Below, one piece after another: positions 23,301-34,533 of a stretch of 64,000 nucleotides of DNA. The DNA is from Macrostomum lignano (taxonomy: Eukaryota): contig NIVC01003084.1 of assembly GCA_002269645.1 (NCBI GenBank), forward strand, positions 1-64,000. Direction: 5' to 3'. The position numbers and the translations under genes are program-made. Below the pieces are notes generated by a model. That model saw nothing but the letters and a program-made list of their open reading frames with translations, did not search any database and was not told the origin of the DNA. The stretch's first letter is position 1. Each line of letters begins with the position of its first letter.

Positions 23301-26300
23301 CTGCCGCTCTTCGACAGTTCGGTGCCGCCGACGCAGCCAGTCGGTAATGCTGTCAGCCGAGGCCACAATCAGCAGGGCCTGGGACAGCAGCAGGCAGATG
23401 TAGAGGCCGGCATAGTAGCAGACTGACACGGCGGGGTGGATGGAGAACTTCGACAGCACGTGGGGAATTAGCGTGAACGGCAGTGCAAAGCTGTGAGCCA
23501 CGTGACAGCGCAGGTACTCCTTTTCGTAGGCTGGCGGTTAGCGTTTGACCGGATTAGAATTTCTTCAAAAATTATAAAATCATAATGCTTCACTCTTCCC
23601 CTTCAGGAATCCACCTGGTCTTAATGCCCCCTTAATCACTGATCCTCAATCTGGTCGAAATGCTAACCTCAATTCCCGATCCTCAATCTGGATGCTCCCC
23701 TCAATCCCTGATCCTCAATCTGGATGCTCCCCTCAATCCCTGATCCTCAATCTGGATGCTACCCTCAATCTCTGATCCTCAATCTGGATGCTCCTCTCAA
23801 TCCCTGATCCTCAATCTGGATGCTCCCCTCAATCCCTGATCCTCAATCTGGATGCTCCCCTCAACCCCTGATCTTTAATCTAAGCTTAATTTTTTTCTCC
23901 TAATCATACATTCCAATTTAAAAATTGAATTTTCCCAAACTCATGTGGAAATCGCTTACCCCATGCGTAGCACACTACTGCCAGTAGTGCCGGCAAGTTA
24001 ACTAGCAGCCCGAACAGCAGCACAATGGGCAGGAATGTCAGGTGCATAGTTTTTCGGCCTCTGCGCACCCAGGAGCCAACCGACGGCCAGACTCCATGCC
24101 ACAGGTGCAGCGATGAGGCCAGGTGAACACAGGTGGACAGCAGGCCCCACAATAGCGGCTCGAATCTGTATTGATCCCAGTTCAACTTGTCCAATGGGAT
24201 TGTGGCCGCAAAATTCTGATAAAATCGCTGCCAGATTTTTCCCATCTCCTCCGTGTAGGCCGGCCCGCTGGTGGCGACAAAGCCGAAGGGCAGCAGCAGG
24301 AGGCCCAGCGACAGCGGCGCCAGGCCGTACAGCAGCCAGCCGAAGGCGCGCGGGCCCCACAGTACGGTGAGCAGGATGACTGTCCAGTTCAGCAGGTGAG
24401 GCACAATGTTCAAGCCGTCCAGTTGGAACCAACGCGGGAACCAGTGGTCCGAGATGTCATCGGAGACGTCCATGTTGAAGTACAGGTAAAAACCCTCTTC
24501 CGCTGTGGGACCCTGCTGCGTTCTTTGCAGCATCCTGGGTGTCCGAATTGGAGATTTATATGTGGAATGAATCTGTGCGACAAAACAAACGCGATTCACA
24601 CTAACACTGGGAACTTTTATTCACTGATTCACACTAACACTGGGAACTTTTATTCACTGATTCACACTAACACTGGGAACTTTTATTCACTGATTCATTC
24701 ACTAACACTGGGAACTTTTATTCACTGATTCATTCACTAACACTGGGAACTTTTATTCACTGATTCATTCACTAACACTGGGAACTTTTATTCACTGATT
24801 CATTCACTAACACTGGGAACTGTCATTCACTGATTCATTCACTAACACTGGGAACTTTTATTCACTGATTCATTCACTAACACTGGGAACTTTTATTCAC
24901 TGATTCATTCACTAACACTGGGAACTTTTATTCACTGATTCATTCACTAACACTGGGAACTTTTATTCACTGATTCATTCACTAACACTGGGAACTTTAT
25001 TCACTGATTCATTCACTAACACTGGGAACTTTATTCACTGATTCATTCACTAACACTGGGAACTTTATTCACTGATTCATTCACTAACACTGGGAACTTT
25101 TATTCACTGATTCATTCACTAACACTGGGAACTTTTATTCACTGATTCATTCACTAACACTGGGAACTGTCATTCACTGATTCATTCACTAACACTGGGA
25201 ACTTTTATTCACTGATTCATTCACTAACACTGGGAACTTTTATTCACTGATTCATTCACTAACACTGGGAACTTTTATTCACTGATTCATTCACTAACAC
25301 TGGGAACTTTTATTCACTGATTCATTCACTAACACTGGGAACTTTTATTCACTGATTCATTCACTAACACTGGGAACTTTTATTCACTGATTCATTCACT
25401 AACACTGGGAACTTTATTCACTGATTCATTCACTAACACTGGGAACTTTATTCACTGATTCATTCACTAACACTGGGAACTTTATTCACTGATTCATTCA
25501 CTAACACTGGGAACTTTTATTCACTGATTCATTCACTAACACTGGGAACTTTTATTCACTGATTCATTCACTAACACTGGGAACTTTTATTCACTGATTC
25601 ATTCACTAACACTGGGAACTTTATTCACTGATTCATTCACTAACACTGGGAACTTTATTCACTGATTCATTCACTAACACTGGGAACTTTTATTCACTGA
25701 TTCATTCACTAACACTGGGAACTTTATTCACTGATTCATTCACTAACACTGGGAACTTTATTCACTGATTCATTCACTAACACTGGGAACTTTCATTCAC
25801 TGATTCATTCACTAACACTGGGAACTTTCATTCACTGATTCATTCACTAACACTAGGAGCTGACGTTCACCAACACTAGGAATCTTTCATTCACCAACAG
25901 CCTCACAAAAGATACAGCAGCTTCAGCTCACTCTCGGCACTCGATCTTTCTGTTCCAAGCATCGTGGCAGCTGCCCCACATGAAGGTGGCGCCAACACAG
26001 TGCCGACTATCGCATGGGTACACGGAGAAGAATATGTAGGACAGGCAGTGGGTCATAATGCTGGACACATAGATTATGCTGAAGATGTTTCTGATTATCA
26101 TTGCTATGCCAAAACCTGTGAAGACGATGGACAAATTAATTAATTTTATAGCCTTGCAATATTGACAAATTCAACTACAATAAGTCGCTTAATATTTACA
26201 GGACTCACCAAAGCTTAACGGAAAAAACTTTTCAAACAAAGCCAGGATTCCTCTCTGGTATTGGTTTCCCAGTCGGATTTGGACATATAGTATTGGCCAA

Positions 26301-26494
26301 CCTATAAGTAGAATAAACAGAATGAATCCTGTTAGGGCCCAGCCTGATCCAAAGTAGAAACACTCTTGAATTTTGACAAATGATGTTAGAGACATAGTGC
26401 AAAATACAGCCAGTATAAGCTGCACCACTGTCCATTTTGCAGGGGCATCGACAAACTCATCAGATTCATTTTCCATAAGCATTGCAAGACTCAT
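17328..26494 (-). CDS. Divergent SLC6 (sodium:neurotransmitter symporter)-like membrane protein, 5 exons, ~669 aa
   Basis: Exons 26494-26209, 26115-25932, 24534-23960, 23530-23215 and 17976-17328 join in frame with GT-AG sites (phases 1,2,1,2). SNF-like segments: CFYFGSGWALTGFILFILLIGWPILYVQIRLG, PLSFGFGIAM, WGSCHDAWN..C, PTAEEGF, LSFPCILRSGYWWLRLYDWY. The exon 3 acceptor is the least certain boundary. Confidence 0.75.
18065..18342. repeat. 22-bp intronic minisatellite (TTCCCAGATCCCCAAGCCCCGA), left part
   Basis: ~12 copies; the same array resumes at 22962 after the LTR element. Confidence 0.95.
18343..18567 (+). repeat. 5' LTR
   Basis: TG...CA ends; AATAAA at 18476-18481; matches 22737-22961. 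Confidence 0.97.
18569..18577 (+). promoter_or_regulatory. Candidate primer-binding site (TGGCGTCAC)
   Basis: Starts 1 nt after the 5' LTR with TGG, complementary to a tRNA CCA end. It resembles a tRNA-Ser PBS, but that assignment is from memory and unverified. Confidence 0.6.
18591..22607 (+). CDS. Gag-Pol polyprotein (gag, Cys/His knuckles, protease, RT, RNase H, integrase)
   Basis: CLRCGEPGHRTC and CSNCGKLHHLAKAC; LIDSGASCN; LDVAKAFHQI...WVHDDIII; IVDASPTGLG...EREALAV...TDHKPL; H-H-C-C zinc motif, LDFLGP...TDNGPPF...NGLVE. First ATG after the PBS is at 18591. Confidence 0.96.
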   Translation: MALLQLQPPSAFSISADPHTVSKRWTEWATTLKRFLAASGISDDAQKQEILLYTAGKEVADIFKEISQTRPATDQPEQQTLDSLIAALTQHFQGRDNVVFTRYQFRQCTQLDGEGIDSWHNRLCNAAEACQFGELRQSLIRDQIVACCRSESLQKRLLNVHNISLPDALQLARTNEAASQQAAIMERSAAGPAEEVHAARDKRPTRRPPASPADKCLRCGEPGHRTCNRAQGKRCSNCGKLHHLAKACLSGRARINMAEPEPEEPAVAHLAEAVFSSLDPSRTSATFKAVINGANVPVLIDSGASCNVLSQRTLRLTGVPERALQPTHTRVYPLGAARPLTPAGQITLHTKINGNSERVGFIVIREDCITILGRETSTQMGMLRVGPQAETALTAGLTPTVNDLHLPQDLRLSSIMKEFSDRFQGIGCIKGVSVSIQLKEEAVPVCHPPSRVPVHLRTAVEKELKGQLAAGILERVTGPSAWSSRMVVVPKASPGEIRITQDLRDVNKYVILEKQPIPTFEEVTDEMAGSTYFSELDVAKAFHQIEVSEESRQLLTFSTPLGLLRLKRLCMGFTSASEILQRVMTSILSGLRGVRWVHDDIIIFASTIKEHNERLRNCLDRLRQHNVTLNPRKCRIATQQADFLAMRLSAAGIQPTEEKLEAVANFKRPENATEVRSFLGLVTFVARFIPNLADKARPLRELTKKNVKWSWGPQQASAFQTIKQSIAHSTTLAFFNKNCETRLIVDASPTGLGAILAQVQPGGLTRPIAYASRSLSDTEQRYSQTEREALAVKFGCLKFHHYLSGCPKFKVITDHKPLVSLLSPGSRPPPRIERMALRLQDLHFEVTYQPGADNPADVLSRQPRPTPPNNQGEDLDTAYIAMTAQAAAPNSISLETIKVAAAGDKAIQAAVSGLRSRRRQLDSHDTRSLHGLRHELSQHDGLLLKGHRIVVPAILRYRCLQLAHQGHLGVQKTLARLKTKVWWPSMRASVENFVNSCLSCKACTNTAELKAAPLQPTELPQGPWLELGLDFLGPIRGHMLLVCTDYFSRFPLVQTMSGSTAAAPVIRTLRQWFSTFGQPVKITTDNGPPFPSAEFNAFLRSQGVHHRTTPLHPQANGLVERCNRGLNKAIRAAILEGSDWQAALDDYLAAYRRTPHAATGMAPADLLFGRQLNDTIPSLRHSRPVDARRQTVRGHDSRAKERMKAFADSKRGATDHQITVGDLVLRRLTNRSKTDPFFEASPWTVTEVRGNTLQLQRAGQRCSRHASHVKRVSQTADEWPGDPGERDSGQDSRPDEPTGPPEPTGNQDVPLANRPHPRQAKETPKRYEEGDRRKALDI
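22737..22961 (+). repeat. 3' LTR
   Basis: Matches the 5' LTR; preceded by a short purine-rich AGACGAGGGA (weak PPT). Confidence 0.97.
22962..23205. repeat. 22-bp intronic minisatellite, right (more diverged) part
   Basis: Same CCCAGATCCCCAAGCCC unit as 18065-18342. Confidence 0.92.
23680..23875. repeat. 32-bp minisatellite (TCAATCCCTGATCCTCAATCTGGATGCTCCCC), ~6 copies, SLC6-like intron 3
   Basis: 32-bp periodicity. Confidence 0.93.
24595..25860. repeat. 34/35-bp minisatellite (TTCATTCACTAACACTGGGAACTTTTATTCACTGA), ~36 copies, SLC6-like intron 2
   Basis: Highly homogeneous tandem array. Confidence 0.97.
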
Positions 26495-29400
26495 GAATAT
26501 AAAACAGATCAAAACTTTGCTTAGACAAGAAAAACAAAGAAATTTAATCTTCAAAGCTAATGCAAGAGTATAATAGCATGGATGCTATTTCTAGACATAA
26601 AACAAAGTAGATCTATGAAGTTTCAAAGACAAATTCATTAAAAGAAGATGAGCTAGTTGGCCTCTAATAAAAATATTAAATTACTATACTATATTGCATA
26701 TTAAATATATCTCCTTCAAGGAATCAAGGTAAGATATTCATCAAACAGCTAGTTTTTTATTTAGCTCGCACACCAAAATTTCAATAAGTTATAATGTGTT
26801 TAGTGGCTTAATCTATTGGATATAATAAAAGAGAAGTGATTATTTAAATTTCTTCCTACAAAGTGGATATGACAATTTTATAAGTAAATATACTCGTACA
26901 TTCATAATTATTACTAACGAAGTCAACAAAAAATAACGATTAAAAAGTTTAGATGATATATGTTGATCTCGATTCTCGAGACGCACTAACGCTCTGCAGC
27001 AGAATTTATGTTAGCGCACTTTATTAATTTTTTACTTACTAATAAAAATAAGGAAGCCGGCAAAATTTCCACGAACGTATCGTGGAAATAGCTCAGATTT
27101 AAAAAGTTACATTTGTACTCATTTAAATAAATACGATAAACAGATAGTAAAATACGTTTTTAGGTAACGTTCTGTAACTGAAATAAATTTAATTTAAAGT
27201 GCATTTTTTATTTGAAGTATGTAAGAAAGACAATTATTTATGTATCTATTACTTATGTTTTCTTCGAATTGTGATTCCTTGAAAATCAATGGATTTTGGT
27301 TAGGCCGTTAGGGTAGCGGAGGCCTGGAAAACCTCGATTTTTACCTTTTAATCATAGACTTGACTTTTATCTTATTTAAAAAAATAAAAAATAAGATTTA
27401 TTTCCTAAACGACAATGTACTTCAGTTTCAACCTTTCTTCTTGCAGCTAAGCTAACATTAACAATTAGGCCTTGTCTAGTTGGTCTAGTTGCAGTTAATC
27501 TTTATGCTGTAAATTAATTATGGACAAATGGACAAATATGAATTAACAAATAATAGTTAATAAAAAGTTTATAGTCATCATGATAAAGTGATTCAAGTCA
27601 TTAGATGGGGATTTCATGTTTTTATTTAGTTTTCCTGAATTTTAGAGAGAATTCTAATTAATATTTAAATACTATTTAACACATTAATATATGTTTGACA
27701 TTGTCATGGGATGGCACTGCCTGCAGGCTGAATTATAGTCTTTAGTCAATATAGGTCCTGCCTAAGCCTAAAATTCTAGATCCTAGACCAGAGTCCAAAT
27801 TAAAGGCAACAAGCAAAGTAAAAGACTAAAAATGCAATACTAAAACAACTAGACATAGAGGTTAGTATTGGATTATACTTTCATAATAACTAGCCTAGGC
27901 TTAGCCAATCTAGCTAATCAGATGAGTTGAAAAGGTTATTAACATTCAAGTTTGAGAATCAACTTATATTTCCAAATTACACTAGACTAGGATAAAAAGA
28001 CAAAAAAGAGAGAGACAAGATAGGAAAAGGAATAAAAAAGGAAATATATAGAAAAAACAAAAGGTAATATATATATCTAACACTATATAGTCTAGGCCTT
28101 AGGCCCCTACCCTAGTTAGGGTGGTTTACTGGTTTTATAATGTATTCTAAATTTTATAATCACTAAAAGAATTATATAGAATGTTTAACTTTGACTATAA
28201 TAGGGGCCTATGAATTATTATCTTAATAATAGTTAATCTAGGCCTATATATTTTTGTGATAGCTAAATTTTTTATGTAAGAATTACTTCTGTCTTTATAA
28301 ATAATCTCACAATGCCACCAAAGTTGTGATAAGGGCAAGCTTCCCTCTATTGATTAATATACTTTTGTCTCAATGTACTTATACTTATTGGTAGTGTGCC
28401 TACTTCTTTTTTGATAGCATCTATACTTGTACTATACTCTTTGGCCTGAGTAGTCTAATGGCACTGCCTACTCTATTTATTCCTATAAGTTTTCTCTCAG
28501 TCCTGGGCATTCCTTGAATCAAAGGGTCATAGCTTTATGCATTTTCCCTGCCCTGAGGCACTTTTTCCCACCCTGAGGCAATCTTACTACTCTATAGTGC
28601 TTTACTGCCCTGAGGCGATTCTCGCTTTTAGTGGTTTTTGATTCTCCTAATAAGGGGCTTAATACTATAGAAATGAATAAGCCTCTCTGAACATTAGCAA
28701 ATTTAATATGAGAACGATTGTATTATCTTTGCTTAGGCAAGTTTATTAACTTGCTAATGAGTCAAGACAAATTGCTTTCCTGGCCTGTTCTGGCCTTCTA
28801 TTTATATTACATTTTCAGAGCAAGTTTAAACAAAGTGGAATATTTTTGAAAATAACAACAGTTAAACAAAATTTGCATTAATTTGAATGTGCGAGCTTCT
28901 AAAAAAGTGTGACAAAATGTAAAGTATTAATCGTGCATAAAAAGAGACTATCATTTCTTTACTTAACATAGGCACTACCTCATTTTATAAATTTAAAATA
29001 AGTGAGCCTAATTGGGCCTAGTAAGTTTAAAATAAATAAGTTGTAAAGTTTTTATCTTTTTTATAGTTTTCTCCATAAATATTGAAATTAAGTTAAGCTA
29101 AATTAAATAGATTTATGAAAATAAATAAATTTGCTATTAAGAAGTTTTGCCTTTGTGTTTATAAGTTTTTCTGTTTATGAAATTTTGTTTTTAGAAAATA
29201 AATATTTATAGTAGTTACAAAATGCTTCATTAAAAAAACAACCTATATATTTTAGAATATATCTTATATCTAGAAATCATCTATGATCTATAAAACATTT
29301 TTATTATATTCTTTTTTATCTTTTATAATTTTATTTGTATCTTTATTTATTAATCATAAATTAAGGGCTTCAATAGAAATGACTATTTAAATTATAATAT

Positions 29401-30133
29401 AAAATTAAAAAAAAATAATAATAGGCTAGCCCTAGTTATGTTTATTTGACTTTAGATTCTTTATTTATCCTCTATTTATGACTCTAAACCATGCTATTAA
29501 TTTTTTCTTTTATTCCTGGTATCATTTTATAATAATAGTTACAAATATATCTTTTTTATTGGCTTAAGGCTAGGATATCCAAAGTATTAATTGTGCATAT
29601 AAGAATAAAAGTCTAAAGGCCATAATAATTTATCATATAAAAAAGACTAATGAAGAACAAGCCCAATAATAAGCATTTGAAAAAAGGTTTTGGACACTCC
29701 AATGCAATACCTTTGGTAGCATTGTCTTATAATTAGCATTGATTATTTTATTCATACTGACAAACCATTTTTAGTATGTAGGATATGATTGTTCTGTTTA
29801 CTACTGAGAATGTTCAAGTGCATACAAACATTAAGCCCCAAATTAATGTTGCCATACATGAAATCAAAGCAGGGGTTATAGTGCCATTGAGTTATTTTGA
29901 CTACTTAAATAGAGCAAGAAAGGCTAAGCCTTAGTAGCAAAAGGAGGCTTAGATAAAGGGTGGATAAAAACAAAAAATATAATTTATTAACTAGTCTGCA
30001 CCAAGCTTAGCACTAAATATCTTTGCAGCTTTTCAAAAATAAGAGAATTTGCAATTGATTTTTCTTGACTTGCTGTTAGCTAAGTATTTTCTGCCATCAC
30101 TAATATGCTTTGCAGTCAATAGCAGTTAGCAGC

Positions 30134-32561
30134 ATGTTGGGCAAGGCGGCTTTGCTGCTCAAACAGCAGCAGCCTACGCTGTTGCAGTCCTCCGCCCTGC
30201 CTCAGATGCCGCAGCCAGCTGGCATCGGTGTGTCGGCCCCACTCCGCGGCAGCCAGTCCTTTCTGCTGCCGCAGCCGGCCGGCGGCCCATCGCCGCCATC
30301 GACGCCGCCCACGCGTCCGGCGAGCAGCTCCTGCTGGTGCCAACTCAGCTGCCGCTTGGCGCCCGCGTCGCCTCTGTGCCAGCCGACCTTGTTGCCAGGA
30401 TGATTGGCTCCGACCAGAAGCGTATCTCGGTTATCGTTATGCCAACCGGACATCTCATGCTGGCCGACGCCATGGCGCTGCCGGCCGGGCTGACTGGCGA
30501 TGCTGACTGCGCGGCCAACGCAGCCGCTGTGGCCGCCGCCGCCGCGGCCGTGGCCAGCCGAGCCGGCCCACCAGCGCCCAGCGAGTCCATCAACCTGGTC
30601 CGCAGCAGCGATCAGCAGCCGATCTCTTTAGTGAAAACTGAAGCCGAGTTGCCAGCTAGCACCGGCAGTCACGATGAAGATTGCGACGAAGGCGAGCTGT
30701 CGCTGGAGGAGCTGAGCCGCCGGCCGGACCTGCATCGCAGCGTTGTAGACGGCGTCGATCTAAACGAGATTGGCCAATTTGCGCGCGAATTCAAACTGCG
30801 CCGGCTGCGGCTGGGCCTGACGCAGACTCAGATTGGCGCCGCACTGTCTGCCGCCAGGGGACCCGCCTACAGTCAGAGCGCAATATCCCGCTTTGAGAAG
30901 CTGGATGTGACGCCCCGCTCTGCTGCCCGCATCAAGCAGGCCCTGCAGGCCTGGCTCGTCGAGGCTGAGGAATCCGCCGCCCTGTTGCCGCCAGATGAAG
31001 TCGCTGACGGCTCTGTCGATGCCACGGCCGCCGCTTCCTTGATAGGTGACGACGACGAAATGAAAGAGGCCGACCGGACCGCCGCAACTGAATCGACAGA
31101 CGCCGGGAGCATCGATGAAGATCCGGCGCCAGCTGCTGATCCAGCCGAGCAGCCGCCGCCGCCACCAGTCCAGGCGTCCGGCGACTGTGGAAGCGACGGC
31201 GCTGCCTGCGTCGGCTCCGGCAAGCGGCCTCGGAAGCGTCGAACTTCGTTCACACCGGAGGCTCTGGAGGCGCTGAACAGCTACTTCGAATTGAATCGGC
31301 ACCCGAGCGGCGCCGAGGTCACCCAGCTGGCGCGGGCTCTGCGCTACAGCCGCGAGGTCATCCGGGTCTGGTTTTGCAACCGGCGCCAGGCTCTGCGCGC
31401 CAACACCGTCAAGCGGCTGCGGCCACCCGTCGCCGTTACCAGCTCCGCCGCCGCTGCTGCTGCTGTTGCCGCCGCCGCTGCTGCCGCGGTGGCAGCGTCT
31501 TCGTCGGCTTCGTCCGTGTCGTGCACCGCCGCTGCGTCGGCTGCTGGTCCGACATCGTCGCCTTCACCGTCAGATTCGCCGGTGAACCTTTGCCAGCACC
31601 AGGCACCCGCGGCAGCGCTGGCAGCCTTAGCTGTGAGTTGGCGAGCCCGTGGGTGGTTTTCCGGGCTCAAATTGAGTAGTTGGGGTTCGAATTCATATCC
31701 GTCAAGAGCCCAATGCCCAAGGCAAAATATTAAGTGTCCCACTCATGCCCTTCTAGCCAAAAACATTAGCACGTGTGCTTTACGAGAATAAGTAGATATG
31801 TCAATTGCGAAAATGCGCTAGTCTACTTTTGCAGTAGCAAGATTAGTGTTTTAGCTTAGTTTTGAAAGCTGCAACAATCGCCTCTGGCTTTCCACCCATT
31901 TCTACTCCAGACTGTCTCAGACACGAAATTTTCTGAGAATGATAAAAAAATATTTTTTGAGTCCAATTTTAATCGACTAGAGATTGTAGGAAAACTTCAA
32001 AAACCCAAATCCAGTGCGTGTGCATAGCGAGCAAGAAAGAAAAAGGGTGGCGCCCCAGGCCCCAGTCAGGCCGATAAACATTTAGACTCTCTCCTGTGCT
32101 CTCATTGGCTGAGGTACTCGTAGATTGGGCCTTGCTTCTTCGCAGAGTTTCGTCCGTCTAAATTTGACCTCTCTCCTTACTGCTCTCTCATTGGCTGAGC
32201 TAGATTGGGCCTGCCCCCTAGGCCCTAGGCTGAGTTTCTTCCATCTGAATGACCTCTCTCCTTACTGCTCTCTCATTGGCTGAGCTAGATTGGGCCCGCC
32301 CCTAGGCTGAGTTTCGTCCATCTGACTGAACTCTCCTTACTGCTCTCTCATTGGCTGGGCTAGATTGGGCCTGCCCTTGGCTCGTTACTGGTTCTTAACC
32401 CCATTCGCTCCCTAGTTGAAAGAAAAGAATACTCGTAGAACAATAAAATCTAAAAAAACCGCCCGTGCAATCATTCCCCGCAGGTTCCCCAATCTTCGTC
32501 ACCAGCCTCCGTGTCGAGCACGCCGACAACCCCGCCTCTGCGGATGGCGAATATTGTTTAA
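30134..32561 (+). CDS. POU6: POU class VI transcription factor (POU6F-like), 2 coding exons, probable 1-nt frameshift at ~30287
   Basis: POU-specific domain FAREFKLRRLRLGLTQTQIGAALSAARGPAYSQSAISRFEKLDVTP and homeodomain RKRRTSFTPEALEALNSYFE...VIRVWFCNRRQ, diagnostic of POU6. Exon 1 30134-31632 (donor GTGAGT); exon 2 32484-32561 (VPQSSSPASVSSTPTTPPLRMANIV*). The N-terminal join and exon 2 are inferred. Confidence 0.88.
32085..32375. repeat. ~70-bp degenerate repeat with paired ATTGG (CCAAT) motifs, 4 copies, POU6 intron
   Basis: CTCTCATTGGCTGAGCTAGATTGGGCC recurs four times. Confidence 0.85.
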
Positions 32562-34533
32562 TTAATCAATTTTCAAAAAGCTAGTAGTAACACCTTCAGT
32601 CTGTCTTCTCCAAGCAGTTTTTATATGCAGAGTCTGTTTTGCTTTTTCAGTGTTTGTTGGCCTTATGTGTGCGTCTATGCTATCATGAGCTTATATTCAT
32701 ATTTATATTGAACAATTTCAATAGTTCTTTTTCCTTAGGTTTTTGTGTAGAATGTTTTTCTATACGAAAACTTCAATGCAACCGAAGCGATTTTTATTGG
32801 CGGCCTTAAGAACGCTTGCCGTTGATTAAGTAGTATCCTGTGTGTAGTATTTCAACTTTATGCATGCTACAGTTTTTCTGTACTAGTAGCTACTGTTAGT
32901 AGTAGCACATTTTTAGCTTGATTTGTTACCCGGTCTGGTCCAGGCCTGTGGAATCAGGCTTAGCTTTAGTAAATTGCGCATGGTGTTTGGCCTTAGCTCT
33001 TCCCTTTCTCACTTTACTGTTTGCCTATCTGGTTTCTGTTTGACCAAACAATCGTCTCTGTCGCAACACAAATCGCTTTTTGTCTTGTGTTTGTTTGTAT
33101 TTTTTGTTTTCTTATTGTCTTCTTTTATTGCCGATACGGCTGCCATGACAAAGAAGGGCACTGTGTACTTTGCGGGAAGCTCTCGCTGCTCCCTCCACGT
33201 CACACGTATTGATCAAATTGTCACAGCTTTTTAATCTATAGAAACAGTTTTCCAGATTTTTCTGACAATCCGTGCTTTTTGTTGTGTCCATTTGCGTGCG
33301 CTGAGAGCTGGGCAGAGGAGCTTTATTTAAACTGGCTTTTTGTAGTCCATGACTGATTTGACAGCCACGCCTCTTTTGGTTACTGATTACTATGCGCTTC
33401 TCAGCCTGAATGTCTATTTATGATTTATTAGGTGTCAGATTGTACTCTGCGTCGCTTGATAAAGTCTACAGTAGCCCAGCGACCATCAGCTTTCTATCGT
33501 TTCACTCATTTTTTTCTATTTGGTCGAATTCTTGTTGCAGCATTTCTGCTATTATATTGCTACTGATCTGCTTTTTTGTTCTCTCGATTCTGTTAGCAAC
33601 AGATACCATTGAACTAGCTGATTGCACCTTTAGTACTGCGTGCCTACAGGTGACAAAATTAACATTATTCTTAATTATATATTATTACTTACTAACATTA
33701 TTAACACAGCAATACGATTTGTTATAAATAAAGGTCAGTCCAACCCTTGTACAGCTTCCGCGTCGGTTCGTGCGCATCTGTTAATTTAGATTATTGCTTA
33801 ACTGCATCATATGCTTCTTTATTGTACTAACTGTAGACTCAAAGCATCCCGAGGAGCTCACTGAGGCTGTTTCCGGCTGAAAAATAGGAACTGGAAAAAT
33901 AATATCAAAATCCTTACTTATTTACTACTGTTAGTAGCATGAATATTGTTAGAATCTTTATTATTCACAGCCAGGGTGAAGCATACATGGCCTGTTTAAT
34001 CGATAATTGTGTAATTGCTGAATTTTGATGGTTCCCTGATCACAGCCTGACTGTTTATCGAGTAAAAGAATGGCCAAAACAATACTAAAGTAGAAAATTA
34101 CACTATTAAATAATAGTCTAAGAGATTAGGATAAAGTACATGAATAGTTTTCTTTTCGGACTGAGAATCGCTAATAATCGAGGCTGATTAGAATCTGAGA
34201 TGGGGAACACAATTCGCAGTTTATTGTGATATATAGAAAAAACAAAAAAGCAACAAATAATTAAATTTGGCAATCCAGATCAATCAGCCTTGCCTTACAG
34301 ATATAATACGTAGCTAGCGGGAACAAATGCAATAAATAGCGGATAATTTGGAGCAGTTTTGGATTCGGAATATCAATAATTTATTTTACAATCAGACAGC
34401 AAATTCATTAATTACATCGAAAACGCCGAAAATACTACTGACTGAACGCTTGAGAGTAGCCTACGAGTATATAGCTTGAGTATAAAATCAAAATAATAAT
34501 AAAAAATCGTTGCAAGACATGACTACAAGTTAA

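Noticed and set aside
24535-24572. Upstream acceptor at 24572 for SLC6-like exon 3
   Set aside because: It has a better pyrimidine tract but is out of phase with the exon 2 donor. It would only work with a further indel or an unseen micro-exon.
27300-28120. Isolated TTAGGG hexamers
   Set aside because: Single copies, not a telomeric array.
31633-31791. C-terminal VSWRARGWF... tail of the 484-aa POU ORF
   Set aside because: It begins at a strong GTGAGT donor and composition shifts to intron-like; an in-phase terminal exon exists at 32484.
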